A stretch of 63,823 nucleotides of DNA, filler included, from Reticulomyxa filosa (taxonomy: Eukaryota > Protista > Foraminifera), in assembly GCA_000512085.1 (NCBI GenBank). It is 22 parts of 22 records of this genome, joined end to end, with 100 filler letters (N's around TTAATTAATTAA, not from the genome) between each part and the next. Parts side by side here need not be neighbours in the genome. Positions count along the whole stretch, not along the records: positions 23,956 to 29,405 come from ASPP01026260.1; positions 29,506 to 31,828 come from ASPP01027038.1; positions 31,929 to 32,991 come from ASPP01000101.1; positions 33,092 to 37,229 come from ASPP01002816.1; positions 37,330 to 38,712 come from ASPP01050193.1; 17 more parts are not named here. The stretch is one strand, 5' to 3'. The notes under the pieces are model-generated. The model was given only the letters and a program-made list of their open reading frames with translations. It was not told the origin of the DNA and made no database searches. Of the stretch, positions 24,584 through 38,812 are shown in pieces. A program made the translations under genes and the position numbers. The stretch's first letter is position 1, and every line of letters begins with the position of its first letter.

Positions 24584-26642
24584 CTAACGTCGTTTGAAAC
24601 AAAAATAAGAAATGACGAGCCACATAACAAATCCATTCACAACGATGGCACATGCAATAAATTGCCACATAGGAAGAGACCGTAATTGCACAGCGGAGCC
24701 TGAATTATCAGTAGCACGATTGCCAGCTGTTGTGCTCAGAGTTGGAGTTGCGTGATGGAATTGAGAGGTTGGGACACGAGCTCGAGTGATAGAGACACGA
24801 GATCGATTGACCACAACATTGGCACAAGTCGTATTCCCATAGCCACTGCATGGACCGATCCAGGGCGACCAAAAGCCATTGAAGTTCTGAGGATTGGCGT
24901 GTTGTCGACTCTCTCCATGGGACAATTGTAAAGGAGGTTTCATTTCTCGAGAGTATTGCAGCAATTTTTGGTATAACATATGATACATTTGAGGAAATTG
25001 ATCGGACAAGTCCGTAAATTCGCAAGGATCCTTCTCCAGGTCAAATAAACATCCATGGCCCCACCGGTTCTCGGTGCACGTGTTTGGAAAATTCTCATTG
25101 CATTTGACAGTGGGTTGAAAAGTGTTAAATTCGCTCCGAGGATTCCATCCACGTTTGGAATGCACGCTATGAAATAAGTCGACATTGGCCTGCTTTCCGA
25201 CAATTAGTTTCCATTTCTCATAACGTATAGCACCCACACATATGAATTGATCCAAATTGCTGGAATTGGCATGATAATGGGACTCGCATTCGGGAAGTCG
25301 AATTGGGTCCACGTTGATCAAGATTTCGCGTCGAGATCCATTGTCGACAGATTGGGTGCCGAATTGTATCATTTCATACTGCGAGATACCATCCATCTGC
25401 AAGATTTTCTCTTTCACGGGATCATGTTGATCAAGTAATGCACTTGGATTTGTCCACTGCACCAACGTCGGGAACCAGTCCGTTATATGGAATAATGCAT
25501 CTGACTGTTGTCCACGACGGTGGCTGTTTAATGCACCCCCATTAATCAATCCCAAACTTCGTACCCCGCCTTCCCACAGCGTGTTCTTTCCTCCTCGTAA
25601 TGGGAAGTTGCTAACACCATCCTCGAAATGCCCTGCCCCATTGTCGTTGCTAAAGATAACCAACGTATCTTCCCACAGTTTTGTATGTCGCAGCACTTGC
25701 ATTAGTTCCCCAATGCTGTCGTCTAATGTGCTCATCATCGCCGCCATTATGCGAGTGTCGGTGTCACTTATTTTGTGTTCATACTTTGCCACGTATTCTT
25801 GCGGCGCCTCAAATGATGCCATTTTTGTTTGTTTGTTTTTGTCAAACACATCCGTTCAAATGAATCGGTCCATAGAAGCATGAAGATGCGCGTTTCCGAA
25901 AGAACGAAAAAAAAAAAGGGGGAGGGGAGCAAAGAAAGGAAAAAAAAAAAACTTGTTTGGGGACGTGGACAGACTGATACGCTAAAAAAATAAAAAAAGG
26001 CTTGGTGTCTTTTCCTTGTTGATGTGCTTTTGCATAATGCAGTAATAAATCCTTTGTCACGTTTCCATAAACAAAAGTGGAATACTCCTTGGGAAAGGAG
26101 GCGATTGGAAAAGTCCCATTTCGAAAATCAATTCCAGAATTGTAATGATCACGTTGATGGGTATAATAATCTTGCATGTCCATATAATATCCATAGAACG
26201 TATCAAAGTAACGATAGATCGGGGTGTAGCGGATATCAAAATAACCCAAATGCCATTTTCCAACCAAATGCGTATGATAAGCGTGTGTAGAGTCCTCTTT
26301 CAAATATTGTGATAACAAATATTCATCCAAATCCAGTCCGTATGGAGCTCCTGGCAATATCACGTGATGTTGCAATCCATGACGAATTGGATACTTTCCA
26401 CTTAAAAATGCACTTCTTGTCGGCGTGCACACGGGCTGCACGTAATAATTATTCAATAGTAGTCCTGTTTCCGCAAGCTCATCCAAGTGTGGAGTTTCGA
26501 TCAACGTTGATCTATGAAAGCTTACATCATTCCACCCAACGTCGTCCGTTAAGATAAACAGAATATTGGGAGCTCCATTTGTTGTTACTACAAACAATGC
26601 AAACAATAAGCAAGAAGCACATTTTGAAAATTGTAAGGTCAT
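24584..26642 (-). CDS. Arylsulfatase B-like sulfatase with C-terminal TM anchor
   Basis: Signal peptide, PNILFILTDDVGWND, CTPTRSAFLSG (formylglycine motif), GKWHLG, SNDNG, NFPLRGGKNTLWEGG. Intron 25808-25952. Confidence 0.93.
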
Positions 26643-26749
26643 AACATTAAGGGCAAAAGGAAGAAGTTTGAATTAAATCCGAGTGGATTCAAGACTTTGA
26701 CTACAATTTCAAACAACAAGACATCAATACAAAAGATTTTGTTCAAAAG

Positions 26750-28900
26750 GAATATGTTGTCAAGTTAAAGCTATTAACAATTTATTCAAAACAGTATTGA
26801 CATATAACACATATTCAATTGCATGGTGTGTTGGAAGCATTGAATGTATATATCTTCAGCAATAGATAGTATTGGAACTATTTGCATTTAGGCTGCTCAA
26901 ATTATCTCTTATTTAAATCGTTGCCACGTATAATCCAATATCGAACGCAACCAAGCAAATTATTGACATATCGTCATCAATAAGGCAATGCGGAAAATGG
27001 GTGAACGCAATTAACAATGTGATGAACAGTAGCGCCAATTGCGAACAAATAAATTGGAATCTAGTTTTGAAAGCTTGCTGAACAATTTGTCAATTGAAAT
27101 CTTGAGCAAGTCGACTTGCACTGTAAATGATCAATTATTACATTATGTCTTGTCCATCAGTGTAGTCGTTAGTTGCTTTTATAAATTTGTTACAAAGATG
27201 GAAATCAACAATCAATCATTTTTCAATAATTGATTCGTCAAAGTGGTATGATATATATTATATACACATATACATACATACGTATATACTTATATACATA
27301 TGAATATATGTACATAGAAGTGGACATAGGTGTACGTTTGGACGAACAAATCAAGGAGGAAGCAGCGCGTATCCGCAAATTGGCGTGCTTGTGAAAGACT
27401 TGATTGTGCCATCAAACTGTCCACAGCTTTGTTTTCATTTGAACGTATTCCGTTCGCTGGCGCAAGCATCTTTTCACATTCAACAACGAGTGTAAAGTGC
27501 TGAGTCAAAAAGGAAAAAAGCCAAGAAAACAAAAAACACATAAGCAGCAATAACGGACACACGATAGCGACGAGGATTGAGTCAAGGAAATGATCCAAAA
27601 TCCACTCATACGTTTTTTTTTCTCAAAAACAAAAGTGATAAGATACAGCAAGTTGCTTTCAATCGCTTCGAAGTGACAAGCAGCTAGAGGTAACAAAGCA
27701 ACTGACGCTACTCATATTCCACAACAAACACATGTCTCCGAGCGCTTTGTCGTCAAGCGATATGAGTAGCTGCCAACATACCTGGACACACTATGTATGA
27801 ACAAGTGTGTAGTGGAGATCTCTCTGTTCCACGACCTGCTTTTATCCCGCATGACATTATCGAAAAATATTCTCACAAGAGTCACGACGACAATCGCATC
27901 CTCAATAATGCTGACAGTGATGACAGCAGTAAGGTGGATGGTGACAATAAGGATGATGGATGATAATAGTGATGATCACAATGGCAATGATGATGCAAAT
28001 AATGAAGAAAGACGAAACGTCGAGCACCAGTTTGGATGTCGGCAATCGTGCTGTTCCATTGCTGTTGGAGATCGATCACTATGCAAAAGGTTGTATTGCA
28101 ATACAAACAAGAACAAAACTGAAGAAGACTCATTCATTATAACAAATACTGATTTCACAGCGAGTTAGACTATCTTTTATATATTCACATATATATGTAC
28201 GTGTGTAATATCTTTACATTTATATACAATTGAAATTCTGCAACAACCAATTTTCAATTGCTGCTACTTTCTGTTTTGATTTTATGTAATGAATAGTGAA
28301 GAAGATCAAAGGAATAAATAAACGCTTCCAATGGTAGCTGACACTAGTGGAAATATCAAAGATGCAATCAATAATGAAATGATATTAATGATCCATATGG
28401 ATTTATCATTGATAATGTACAAGTATACAGAAATTGTGCGTTCATCGTGAAAAGAAGGTCGTGTTCAAGTTTATAGAATAAATCTCTTGGAAATGTCGTA
28501 TACGTTTCACCAAGGCGATATATGGAAATGAAACATAAGTGATATTGAGTGTTATATGTTTGCATCGCACAACAATACTCAAGCTCAAAACACATTGTCT
28601 TACTCCCATGTTCATCGATATGCATACTTTGGCCAAATATTCGACTGGTTTGATATTGATGTTAGTTGCTTTTACCACATGTATTCGCAAGTATGTTGTA
28701 TGTGACTCTCAATGTCACACAAGAGATGCAAATCTCTGTTGATTGGTGGAAAATATCAAAATTGTAGTATATTGTAATCTAATTATTTTTCGACACAAAG
28801 AAAACTTGGTTCGTTGTCAATCAAGATACACTTCAATATCTTGCTCAAAGGCATTTGAAAGAAAATATTATGTATAATTGCGAGCACTGTTTTGTCTTCA
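26750..28900. pseudogene. Degenerate coding relics, unidentified
   Basis: Short protein-like stretches broken by stops and frameshifts. No family recognised. Confidence 0.3.
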
Positions 28901-31244
28901 TTTTCAATTTATCTAAAACATTTGTTTGTATTCTATCAAAAAACACTTATTATTTTTGTCTTTTTTTTCTAAGTAATTCAAATTAATTTGTTTTCTTATC
29001 TCTACATGGACTAAAACACGCTAATGCCACAAGAAGTTGGCTGATGGACCAGATATTGAAACACTTACAAAAATGTTAAGGCCTTGCATGTTGATCAAAA
29101 GCCAGTCCAAATGAACAGCTTATTCTGCGGAAACATATTCCATCAGATCGTTAAATGAATTAACAAACAAAAAGGAAAGCAAATCAAATCATGGAAGCTG
29201 AAGAATCTGAAAACATATATTATAACATTGACACTAATGTTGGAAGAATCCGCAAAATGATCAAAACAGAAATATACAGTATATTGCAAAAAAACCAGCA
29301 TACATAAATGGCATTATATTAATAGAATCGATTTTCTCAATGAAAAATAAAGATTTAAAACTTAATTTTTTTTAAAAAAACTAATAATATTGTAGTTTTT
29401 AAATANNNNNNNNNNNNNNNNNNNNNNNNNNNNNNNNNNNNNNNNNNNNTTAATTAATTAANNNNNNNNNNNNNNNNNNNNNNNNNNNNNNNNNNNNNNN
29501 NNNNNAACCATTCGATTGCATTCATCTTCCGCTCGCATTGCAGTCATGTCTGATGTTTCGAGTAATTCAATTTTGGTTCGTTTTTCTGCGGATGACAGAC
29601 AATTTTTATCAGATTTGCAAGATAAAAAGTTTTTATGGAAATGCATTTGGCAAGTTGGTGTTCAAAGAACTGGTTTGTCATTGAAGGGCAGTACTTGGAA
29701 AGATGTTAAAGGTGTAAATCTTTTGCAGATGTCTGTTGTTGAACAATATGGTGGAACTTTTTGAGTTTTTTTTTTCATTTTTTGACCACATTGAGACAAG
29801 GGGAAAACTCTTCAGTATACGTAAGACGGACGACAACTTAATTTTTTTATGCTGTTCAATTGGTAATTTTGTCACTTTTTTAAAACTAATCTATAAACGG
29901 TTTTCTCACACAAGAAAATAAAAATGTTATTTTTTATGTTTTGGAAATATTTGCTTTCAATTTGATGTTTATTAATGTAAACAATAAGCAATAAGTAATC
30001 AAAACGAAAGAAACACCAAAAGTGAAAACATTTATATAATATTGAAAAAACCATGTATTTCAGGATTGAATATTATAACAATACAAGAAAAGATTGATAT
30101 GTGGGATTTAGTGAAGTTGAGGTACATAGTTTGTGTTAAAAGCATTGAATAACCCAGCAGTAATGTCTATTTATCTTTGCTATAATGGACCAAATAGCCA
30201 ATTAATTTTTCAACTGACGACCCAATAATAGTTTTTCATAATCGTAGCAATTTGAAAATCATAATTTCTTTGGCATAAATCGACTAAGTTCATTTGAATA
30301 CAAGAGCGGCAATTTCACCGACAAATAATTACACATTTTTTTTTAGTGTTGACAGAGACAGCTGATTTGTTATGCCATAATTGTATAGCTATTCCACGTC
30401 AAACGCAGTAATTCAAACAAACGTTTTGCTGAAAACAGGTCCAATGCAGTGTATGAATTGTGACTGAGACTACGTTTCTCCTTCAAGTCATACTTTTTAT
30501 ATTGACAGGCTACTTCATCATTGGTGCTAATATTCGATTGCATTCACAAATTTCTTCTACTAAGTTCAACACACGAACGTGTAAAGACTCCTCACGTCGT
30601 GATCGTTTGTTCAGTGGCGGAGCTAGCCAACGTATAGAGTTATTCGTCGTCTATTATCGACTGTTCTTTGATTCTGCGAGAAACAACAAACTTCAATTCG
30701 TAAGAAGGAGGCAATTGCGAAATCTAATGTCTTGGTTCTTCTGGTTTCACTTGGAATATCATTTTCCAATTGCTCCAAGAGCATTAAATAGATCTTTACT
30801 AAGTACAAATCGATGCGTTCGCCATCCTTTTTGCTGCGCTGCCTGTTGACATTGTCGAACCGACATAATTGTTGAGGATAACATTTCTAGCAACGACCAT
30901 GCTGATGTTTTGTATGCATCACTGTGTTTTTCTTTTCTGTAATCTCTTCGCTTTTGGGTGACAGTTTGCTTGCTTCCGTTAAATATATCCAGTCGATTCA
31001 TCAATTCAAATTCGCGGCGACTCGAATTTAATGCAAACGCGTACAGTGTGGCTAGACACTGATTTTGTAGGTCCCTTCAGACACTGAACCAGCAATATTA
31101 ATACAAGTAATTGGTTGCGTCGAGCAGGCCATCTGTAATGCAATAGCCAATGGGTGACAAGCATTGAAAAGATACTTAAGTGCTTCTCACCCACAAAACT
31201 ATACGAATGCTATTTTTGAAGCGAACAACACAAAAATATCCTAA

Positions 31245-31828
31245 ACAAAGTCATCATCTTATTGCGCCTTTTCAAGCTTTGAAGGAGTTGCCCACTCCAC
31301 TTTATAATTCTCAATGTGTGGTATACAAACACGAACTCCTCATTTGTGGGTGTTATCAACAAAACTTGTTATTCTTATTTATACAATAAAAAATGAATAC
31401 AAGTTTATCTGTGAGTATCCAAGTGATGTTATATTAAAAGGACACTGTGTAGTGAAACTGGTAGATAACGATAATAACAACAGCAATCACAATTATATTG
31501 GAGCGCGTGCAGTGGTTGGCGGAAGAAACAATCATTTGTTATTTATCATTTATGGGCCAAATGATATTAGTTTGTTTGATTTAAATACATTTCAATTTAT
31601 TAAACATGATATTTTACCAACTAAAGATAGCGTATTATTTCAATGCTTTGTATCGAAGTCAGAAAATGAACAAGGACAAGAAATGATGAAAACAAGTAAA
31701 CAAAATTATAAAATGCTATTTTTTTGTCAAAGGACAGGATTATCAATTGAGTATGATGAAGATAACAACACTTTCAATTTCATCAACTACAGTAGATTGC
31801 AAAAAAAACTGCCATACCTAAAGGCACT
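31245..31828 (+). pseudogene. Lineage-expanded Kelch-like beta-propeller family member, frameshifted
   Basis: PFQALKELPTPLYNSQCVVYKHELLICG, frameshift, NEYKFICEYPSDV.L.GHCVVKLVD, GARAVVGGRNNHLLFI, TGLSIEYDEDNNTF. Confidence 0.75.
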
Positions 31829-32439
31829 NNNNNNNNNNNNNNNNNNNNNNNNNNNNNNNNNNNNNNNNNNNNTTAATTAATTAANNNNNNNNNNNNNNNN
31901 NNNNNNNNNNNNNNNNNNNNNNNNNNNNGTTTTCTTTGCAACATACTGTATCTTCTTTGTTCGAATTCGCGTTTTCATTTTGAACCTTTGCTTTCTGACT
32001 TGCCAAGTTTGAAAGTTACTTGGAAAGTTCCCCAAAAGATCGGACATTTTAATAATCGGGTATTCCGTTGCATTTCTCAAGCGACTAGCTTTTAAGGCTT
32101 TGCATAAGAGGAAACAAAAATGAATTTTTTTTATGATATAAGATATGATAATATCATAGAATGATGAATAGAATTCAAAATATTTGTCAATTAAATATAA
32201 TCACATTTCCTTGTGGACGCATCGCAAGATACAGATATTTCAAGATAGTACAATCTATCGTAAAAAAATTATTTTCAATTGTTTCATGTATGAAAAACTT
32301 GTTTTTTATCTTGAAAGCAACATTGTAACAAAACGTAATAAGTGCCAGTTTTTTTTGTTGTCAAGCTCCTGTCGTGTATTGAAATTTTGAATCTTTCTTG
32401 CGTTTCATTCATTTTTGTGCCCAAATTTTTGAAATAAAG

Positions 32440-32944
32440 ATGGCACGTGCAGTACCATACGATTATTTGATCAAATTGTTGATGGTTGGAGATTCAGGTG
32501 CAACAAACTTCGAGACAACACGTTTTCCCCCCTCTTTTCAATTTATGATGAGCACGCTTAACTAAACTTCGTGTAGCAGAACAAGTAAATACAATAACGT
32601 GTTGAAAACAAACAAACAAAACGGTAGGTGTCGGAAAGAGTTGTTTGCTATTGAGATTTTCCGATGACTCATTTACAACAAGTTTCATTACAACTATCGG
32701 GTAATTTATGTTCTTTTTTGCCCCTTTCAGTCTCTCCCTCCCTTTTTTTAAAAAAAAACGAAAATCGCAACTTCGAGATAGCATTAAGAGTGATTGATAC
32801 ATTCTTTTCAAACTCTTTCCAAAAAAAAAAAAAAAATGTACAGAATTGATTTCAAAATCAAGACAATTGATATTCAAGGAAAAAGAGTAAAACTGCAGAT
32901 ATGGGACACAGCAGGACAAGATAGATTCCGCACTCTTACCACCT
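32440..32944 (+). CDS. Rab8/Sec4/RabE-like GTPase, 5' part
   Basis: [14 protein letters not shown]|[24 protein letters not shown]|IDFKIKT..WDTAGQ. Introns 32498-32627 and 32701-32843. Confidence 0.93.
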
Positions 32945-33119
32945 GTATATGAAACTATAAAAAAAAAATCCTCACATAAAAAAAAAACAAGNNNNNNNNN
33001 NNNNNNNNNNNNNNNNNNNNNNNNNNNNNNNNNNNTTAATTAATTAANNNNNNNNNNNNNNNNNNNNNNNNNNNNNNNNNNNNNNNNNNNNAGAAATAAA
33101 AGCAAAAACAAAAATAAAT

Positions 33120-33940
33120 TAGGAGTGGTTTGTACGTTGCGGAATGGAAGTGATAGTGATGATAGACAGTAACGTGACCACTGATAAATTGAACACATTG
33201 CTGAACCGTCGAGCGGAGCGAATGGACGAATTACGCGAGCTAAAAGAGTGACTAAAGCGCAACGAGTCTGCATGCGGGAGTGTGTTTGTGGACAACAGCA
33301 ATTGGTTTATGCCCAACGGCTCGTACTTTTACATCAGACAAGTGTTTTAGTCGATCTGCCATTGCCGAGTGATCTACGCACATATAGAAATGGTGGGCTA
33401 CGCAAGCGTGTTGGGAGACCAGTGCTACGCCATCGCGGGCAACGATATCGATTTTTTCATTCTCAATGTGCCGTTGCACATTCAACTCCGTTCGCTGCAT
33501 TTTAGTCATCGCACAAAGTGTATCGAGTTTGTGAATTATCATCATCGTGACTTTGTCTGCCGTTCAGTTGTGAAATTGACAAGAACAAGGACAAGATAGT
33601 AGTGGTGAAAGTGTGTTGTATATGATGAATAAAATAAAAAATGTTTATATATATATATAAACATATATAACGACTCAGGTGAAATTGAAACAACAACAAC
33701 TACCTCAATCAGCATCGATCTTCTGCTGTGATGTGTTGGACAATAGCGATGGTTGCATGACGATGCTCTTGAATCAACATCATTGTCATAATAGATCACA
33801 TGTGGACATAGTCGCCAACTGCTTGAGATGATTGGAACATAAACAAAACAATAACAAAGAAAGTACCCCACTGGAAATGAGTACCAAGACTGACACCAGT
33901 TCGGGTTTTGCACAGCAATTGGAAAATCTAGATCCAAGTT
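33120..33940 (+). pseudogene. Asteroid/FAM120-like PIN (XPG-type) domain relic
   Basis: VIVMIDS..DKLNTLLNRR and CYAIAGNDIDFFILNVP. In-frame stops TGA at 33249 and TAG at 33348. Confidence 0.55.
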
Positions 33941-34224
33941 TGTATATAAATAGATTTATCAAAAATGACGTGTTGTTTTTTTGTTTGATTGGTTGACAAC
34001 TGTCACTTCTTCAAACCAATCAAAAAAAAAAATCTCTTTGTCAATATACTTTTCATACCACTTATTGCTTTGTTTCGTTCCAAAGACCAAGAACAGAACC
34101 AAAGAAGGCACCCATATGCAACATGGTAACAGAAAAGACGATGAAAATGAAAAGAAGTGAAGTATCTGAAGACAAAGTGGAACGCAAGCTCCAATGCAGA
34201 TCCGTCTATTTGTATGCAAAGGCA

Positions 34225-35679
34225 AAATTAAATATGGCCAAGCAATCCCCATCGTCTCTGCCACCACTCTCGTTGTCATTGTCCAATCCCATGCGCTTGA
34301 TTAAAAAGCATGATTCTTTCCCGGTCAAATCTGTTGTCGAAGTAAGCAATAGCAATATCAACCTCACGAGGAAACGCAAAGCGATAGATAATGCTAATAG
34401 TTTGGAGCCCTTGCAAGCCACTCTTATTTGGTCGTCAAAACGGAGCTTCATGATGACTATCATCAATATTCAAGCTATCACTGTGCAAGTCTCTCTTTGC
34501 TACTTCATATAATACTAACAAAAAAAAAACATACCAAACGAAGCGATTAAATAGAAGTCAAGAAACGGAGAAGACAATAATCACTGCCAAAATGGATACT
34601 GTTGAAGCTTTGAAGGCAATAACAATGCTGCCTTCGCTTACGAATACAAGCACAAGCACAAGTACGAATGCAAGTATTAATATCATTACAAATGTAAGTG
34701 CAAATGAAAATAGCGATGGCAATGGACCGGAGCTGACGATAGCCGACGCGATGGTGAACATGTTGGAGAATGGCGATAGCAATGACGACATAGGCGACAA
34801 CTTATGTATGATTGGACCGATGCACGACATGGCGGACAGAGAGATGATACGGAGGATATAGCCGTTGGCGAGATATGTAACTTTGAAGACTTTGCAAAGC
34901 TTGTCCGACCACGCACTTGACTTAGGAAGGCTCATGCGGGTGTTGGCCATCGACATAAATGCTCAAGACAGTGCCAACTCCACTCTAGCCGTCTGGAAAT
35001 CTTAGTACTTTGATCCGTTTCTTATGTCAGCTCTTGTATCACTTACAAATACATTTGTTGTCGTTATATTACATATTCCATATAATATATGGAATATGTA
35101 AGTTTTGTTTTTGTAGCATTTTGATGGAAAAACATGTGCAATTGTGGATGTTAGTGAAACAATGCCATTTATGTGATCAAAATATTGACCGCAATGCTGA
35201 ATGGACAGACTGGGACTTGGTTTTATCGATAAATGTTTGAAAGGCTTGCCGCTCAAAAAAAAGTAAATTCGACCAGTAAAACATCTAGCTTGACAAAACT
35301 TCTGTCTCGACGCATTCGTTGTTTGAACGAATGCCAAAGTAGTAACAGCACCTTGGCGTCGATCCTTCAGATTTTTGTCAAAAAAACAACAACAGTGACA
35401 ATTTTACCCTATGTTGCAAAGGCAATGAAAAAGGGTGGAATTTCGGAGGAATGTGAAGGCACAAAGCATAACATGTTGATAGAAAACTTTACTAATTTCA
35501 TTTTATTGTTGATCCAAGTGCTAAAGAAATGCCAAGAGTACTTGAAACAACTGACAACCAATCCGTCCTATCGCTATGACAATCCGCAACTGTTTAGACA
35601 AATAAAAAATGAAACAGTGATATTGGAGAGTCTGTACTTGCATCTGTTGCATGTGGTTTGGTCAAAAAAATACATGTAG
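34225..35679 (+). pseudogene. Unidentified multi-exon gene with in-frame TAG stops
   Basis: Protein-like frame interrupted by TAG at 34859 and 35003 and by frameshifts. Confidence 0.45.
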
Positions 35680-35762
35680 ATTGACTCTTATCAACTGCAA
35701 TTGATTGTGTATATCAGTGTGCATTCAAACAACACATAATTATATAAATATATAATTAGAAA

Positions 35763-35945
35763 TCACTTTAACAAAGATATTACATTGTCTTGCAAGCATA
35801 AAGTGACGGATTTGTAATTGACAATTTCGACAGTGGAAATGACTTCATTGATGATGATATTGCATTTCACACATGAGTCAATGGAGACAGATTTGACCTT
35901 GCCAGTGATTGTAAAAGTTGCATTATCACACAAACTAATATACAC
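35763..35945 (-). pseudogene. Adenylyl cyclase-associated protein (CAP) C-terminal CARP fragment
   Basis: CDNATFTITGKVKSVSIDSCVKCNIIINEVISTVEIVNYKSV, isolated in decayed AT-rich DNA. Confidence 0.7.
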
Positions 35946-37329
35946 TGAATTTTATATCCGCTTTATCAAACATATATTCTCACTCATTGTAATTTTCTCA
36001 ATCTATCGTCTATTTCATTTTTTCAAACACTTTTTTTTTATGATAGATTTGTAATATTTTATTGTGTAATAGATCTAATATTCATCCAATTATTCACATT
36101 AAATGGCTTTGCAATTAGCAATATTTGCTTTGTCAACACGATCATCTATATGATGCCTCCAAGACAATGTATTTATGTCAAATGTTATACCTAAATATTT
36201 AATAATATTATTTGTATTTTTTATTTACAATGTATTCTCTTTCAATGTCAATTTTTCAACACTAGTTCATTTGGTAATCAATCTAAGAATATCAATAAGT
36301 TCTTTTTACTTAAATTGTTTGTCAAATGATAAATGTGTTCTATTTAGTTATTTTTGTTGTACATGTTGAATATGTGTTGATAATGTTCTTACTTTGATGT
36401 ATTACTTTACCGGTTTTATCATGTAATAATAATTGTTGATTCAATTGCAATTTCTTATAATATCATAAAAGTTTCTTTCATTTCAATTGTTTATGTTCTT
36501 TTGTAATTTATAAATCAATTTATTTAATTAGTGTTTTGTGCTTGCCATTTTTTTGAATCATCTTCAACTGTGTCTTGGTCGCCGTAGCGATTTCTTTGTC
36601 ATCACCTTGCTGATTGAACTGGAGCAGTCCATGGAGTCTGGTTTCCTGATAATACTTCAGTGATACGTGTCAATGTCTATGTCCACTGTAAAAGACAGGT
36701 GAATGTGATAATGACTCTTTGGCTTCATACTGTTTCATTGCAATATCATGTTGTTGTTGCTGTTGTTGATATTGACTATACCTTTGATGTTGTTTTGGCT
36801 CTCTTGCCATGATTACGTTTCCATCAATTCCGAAACATTTGTTCCTAGTGTTCATCATAGTTGCTAGGTATACGTACGAAGATCCGCCTTGATAATAAGC
36901 TGACGGCTGTTGCTGCTGTTGCCACTTTGCTGTTGGAAATGCAATGGGCGCATCGAATTCATTGGCATGTTGTATTATTTATCAGGTCGAACTTTTTTTT
37001 TATTATTATTTTTATTTATACGTTAAAAAAAACTCGTCGAAATTTTTTTTAATTTTAAAAAAACAACACAAAAAAAAATTGCGTATATATATTATATATA
37101 CATAAGTAATAAAGAATGGTTTTGCACACACTATCAATTGCTATTGATGGAGTAATATCTTTTCGTAAATATGTATTAATTAATCTTATATTTTTCTATT
37201 GAAATAAATAAGAGATTATGAAAGATATANNNNNNNNNNNNNNNNNNNNNNNNNNNNNNNNNNNNNNNNNNNNTTAATTAATTAANNNNNNNNNNNNNNN
37301 NNNNNNNNNNNNNNNNNNNNNNNNNNNNN

Positions 37330-38712
37330 TCAGGTAACAGGAAAGAGACAGGAGCACAAATTATCAACAAAATGCCATGGACTCTTGTGTTGGAATGTGC
37401 GTGTTGGTTTCAATGATAATGCTTCCCATCAAGTATTCCGATATTTGGAATAATTGAACTGACTTGACGGAAACTAGTATCACTGAAAGGCTCTTCCCTA
37501 GAGCTACCATTTCTTTGAGTAGCGGTCTTGTCAATGGCAGACTATTCCACTTTCGAATTTGAGTGCTTCGATTTTTGATAACCGAACAATGCGTTTGTAT
37601 CCACAGCGACGGTGTCTTTAGACGAGAGAGAGGGGCTCCACTACTGACATAAAATATTGTTAAATATCCACTCAGCAGGGATCCAGGCCTTTGTTTCATT
37701 CGGCAAATGGAGCAATTTTTGAATTGTCGATCCGTTTATTGATTGGCACGGCCTTGTTCTTTTTTGTAATAAATGAGCAACAATTGTGGCACCCAAATAT
37801 TGTGGAGCACAAAACGCCAGTCCGATGTGTGGAAATGATTGACAAATGAGTAGAAGGAACATGGACTGCATTTCGTGGTTGTCGTTATCATTATTGTTGG
37901 CACTGCGCTTGGCGTTGCTACATCCATCCAGCAGCTTCCATTGCGGGTCCTTAACGTGGACTATTTCACATAGTGCGCCCCTCAAAGTCGCTACTTGTGG
38001 GTGTGAAGAGCCATAACCAAAGTTGCATCGGTAGACGATCTTTTTTTTATTTTTCAAACAATTCCAACAACGATTTGGCCTTGTAATCTTCTTTTTCTAC
38101 ATCATCATCCTCTTCTTATTTGATAATGGTCTTAAGTATCTCAAATTAATCCACCAAATTGGAGCCACAATAACACCGAAATAATGTTTCGATATGAGAG
38201 TGGCTTACTCGATCGCAATATGTGATGTTTTCTATAACGTCCGCATCCCCTTTTCTTTGTCTTCCATTTTTTCGATCAATCATGTCGGTGCTATGTGATG
38301 ATACCGTGTATCGATATCGTTTTTTTTTTGAAGTGTTTCTTTCCGGACCTTGACGCTACCCGACTACGAAAGAAAGTTTACCAAGAAAAAAAATGTCCCA
38401 GTTCAATTGAGGACATCTTTCTTCCACTATTCCGATGCCATCATATGATGGATATTCTCAAAATACGAAGTTCATCCACTATGATGAGGGACATACATTG
38501 GCGTTGGATAATGGCCGTTCTTAATTTTTGCATCCATCACCATGAGTCCATTTGATAATATTTGGATTGGCAATTCAATGAGAGTACAATTAGTATTTCT
38601 TTCTTCATTGTTGGACGTATTCGTTCTTGAGTGCTATTGCTAAACGATTTTTGATCATTTTGTGATTCAAAATTTAAAACAATATCGACTCAAATCCAAC
38701 TCCACTTGGCGA
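37330..38712 (-). pseudogene. Unidentified disrupted coding sequence
   Basis: ORFs 37641-38057 and 37364-37699 overlap in different frames; the upstream frame has many stops. Confidence 0.35.
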
Positions 38713-38812
38713 NNNNNNNNNNNNNNNNNNNNNNNNNNNNNNNNNNNNNNNNNNNNTTAATTAATTAANNNNNNNNNNNNNNNNNNNNNNNNNNNNNNNN
38801 NNNNNNNNNNNN

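Noticed and set aside
30050-31200. Possible retroelement RT/RNase H relic
   Set aside because: Only a vague resemblance; no YxDD, integrase motif, LTR or TSD visible.
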